From the NCBI GenBank assembly GCA_016293065.1, contig JAEDEY010000001.1, forward strand, positions 7,156 to 71,155: DNA of 64,000 bases. Reading direction: 5' to 3'. A program made the position numbers and the translations under genes. The notes beneath the pieces were generated by a model. That model was given only the letters and a program-made list of their open reading frames with translations, did not search any database and was not told the DNA's origin. The first letter of the stretch is position 1, and every line of letters starts with the position of its first letter. Shown here one piece after another: positions 62,952-64,000 of this stretch. This DNA comes from Bacteroidales bacterium (GTDB lineage Bacteria; Bacteroidota; Bacteroidia; Bacteroidales; UBA3663).

Positions 62952-63082
62952 GGGAGTTAACGGGAGTGAAGATGTTAAGGCGCTACGCTTGTTGAGATGA
63001 TTAAGGTATTCAGTAGTGTCTTGTCTGTGTAGTGTCAAACAACATCTTCACACCATTACATCTTCACATCCTCATTAACTCC
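62952..63082. repeat. Imperfect ~30-bp-arm palindromic element of the same repeat family, between the kinase and regulator genes
   Basis: Left arm GGGAGTTAACGGGAGTGAAGATGTTAAGG (62952-62980). The reverse complement of the right arm (63041-63082) reads GGAGTTAATGAGGATGTGAAGATGTAATGGTGTGAAGATGTT. Confidence 0.75.
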
Positions 63083-63093
63083 ATGATAAAAAA

Positions 63094-64000
63094 TTAAACA
63101 TTAATAGTAAGTTTTGTCTTATACACACATTCTGTCTCAGAGATCTCGAACGAGTAGTCATCGCCGAAGATGAGGTTGAGTCGCTGGCGCACATTATTTA
63201 TGCCGATGCCAGTGCGTTCGTCATCCTCCTGCTGATATGGGTTATGATGCTTTGAGTTTTCGGTCTCGAACACCACACGTTTGTCTTCTTGCAGCAGATA
63301 GATACGTATAAAGGCGTTTGGATCGTCGATGATACGGCTATGCTTGAAACAGTTTTCAACCATAGGCTGGAACACCATAGGCGGTATCTCTAAGCTATTG
63401 TTCTCAATTTTACAATCGAAAGTCAGATTAGGCTCATTCTCCATCCTTATTTTCTGGAAATCGATATAATTCTGGATATATGCCACTTCTTTTGCTATTG
63501 GCACCATATCGGCACGGCAGTCATCGATTACAAATCTGAGCATTTCTGAAAGTTTCATGACGCTATCAGGGGCTTTCTCATCCTGAATCAGAGTCAGCGA
63601 ATAGATGCAGTTGAGTGCGTTGAAGAGGAAATGAGGGTTGATCTGAGCCCTCAGGTATTTCAGTTCCTGTATCATGCTCTGCACTTTTGTCTCCTGTTCG
63701 AGTCGTTTGGTCTCATCGAGCATGTGAGAGATGGTTACGACAGCAAAGGTGATTGAGAGAAGGATGAGATATTTGGTATAAAGTATATCCTTGCCCACTC
63801 TTTCTTCTATTATTGCCAACCGTATCACCATATCTTCTGGCAGGTTCACTAAGTTATGACTGAACAGATAGGCATAGATGTGTGTATCTATTGACACCAC
63901 AACAGTAGATAGAAGTAGGATGGTGATGAAACTGTAGAGGTAGTACCAAATACGTGATTTCTGAAGGAATCGCGGTATGAGCACACGGCGCAGCAGTTCG
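63094..64000 (-). CDS. LytS/YehU-type sensor histidine kinase (N-terminus runs off the window)
   Basis: TM helices, then 'QINPHFLFNALN' (His_kinase H-box) and the ATPase region 'QPMVENCFKHS...GIGINNVRQRL'. The frame stays open from 63984 to the window end. Confidence 0.85.
   Translation of the reverse strand, partial: ELLRRVLIPRFLQKSRIWYYLYSFITILLLSTVVVSIDTHIYAYLFSHNLVNLPEDMVIRLAIIEERVGKDILYTKYLILLSITFAVVTISHMLDETKRLEQETKVQSMIQELKYLRAQINPHFLFNALNCIYSLTLIQDEKAPDSVMKLSEMLRFVIDDCRADMVPIAKEVAYIQNYIDFQKIRMENEPNLTFDCKIENNSLEIPPMVFQPMVENCFKHSRIIDDPNAFIRIYLLQEDKRVVFETENSKHHNPYQQEDDERTGIGINNVRQRLNLIFGDDYSFEISETECVYKTKLTINV

Noticed and set aside
1-64000. Search for mobile elements, prophage, CRISPR-Cas, toxin-antitoxin or known defence cassettes
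   Set aside because: No integrase, transposase, recombinase, reverse transcriptase, nuclease-helicase defence pair, phage structural genes or long terminal repeats were recognisable in any frame. The orphan AAA ATPase (4270-5454) has no partner gene and is not enough on its own to call a defence system.

Overview
The window reads as a gene-dense chromosomal segment from a Bacteroidales (Prevotella/Bacteroides-like) genome. Three things support this: recurrent Bacteroidetes-type -7 promoter boxes (TAnnTTTG, often extended to TAnnTTTGCGC), no Shine-Dalgarno sequences, and a typical gene set (PFOR/nifJ, PPi-dependent phosphofructokinase, Rho with a large N-terminal insertion, TamB, NamZ-like DUF1343, GH9, CotH). 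I call about 45 protein genes, mostly housekeeping, plus one stand-alone tRNA-Glu(UUC), several intrinsic terminators, and a family of short palindromic intergenic repeats. I saw no transposase, integrase, phage genes, CRISPR array or recognisable defence cassette. All family assignments rest on motifs I recognise in the supplied translations; no database search was possible. The observations most worth a second look are these. (1) A NapH/NapG-like fused membrane polyferredoxin with an internal twin-arginine segment, directly followed by a Tat-signal lipoprotein Fe-S aldo/keto reductase. Together they may form a periplasmic quinol-to-carbonyl reductase module. (2) A P1B-type heavy-metal ATPase homologue that keeps its His-rich N-terminus, CPC helix and C-terminal helices but lacks both cytoplasmic domain blocks, in frame. 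(3) An ACP, adenylating enzyme, secreted hydrolase/thioredoxin fusion, MgtC and ZIP gene string, divergent from an MMPL/RND-like exporter. (4) A single ORF made of two complete sensor-TM-GGDEF units fused head to tail. (5) A GT2 gene followed by a HIT/GalT-like domain fused to SpoIID with no signal peptide. (6) The dispersed GGAGATAAC / GGAGTTAGC / GGTGTTAAGG palindromic repeat family confined to intergenic spacers. One copy forms an octamer array in front of a tiny two-TM ORF, and another lies between a LytS-type kinase and its LytTR regulator.
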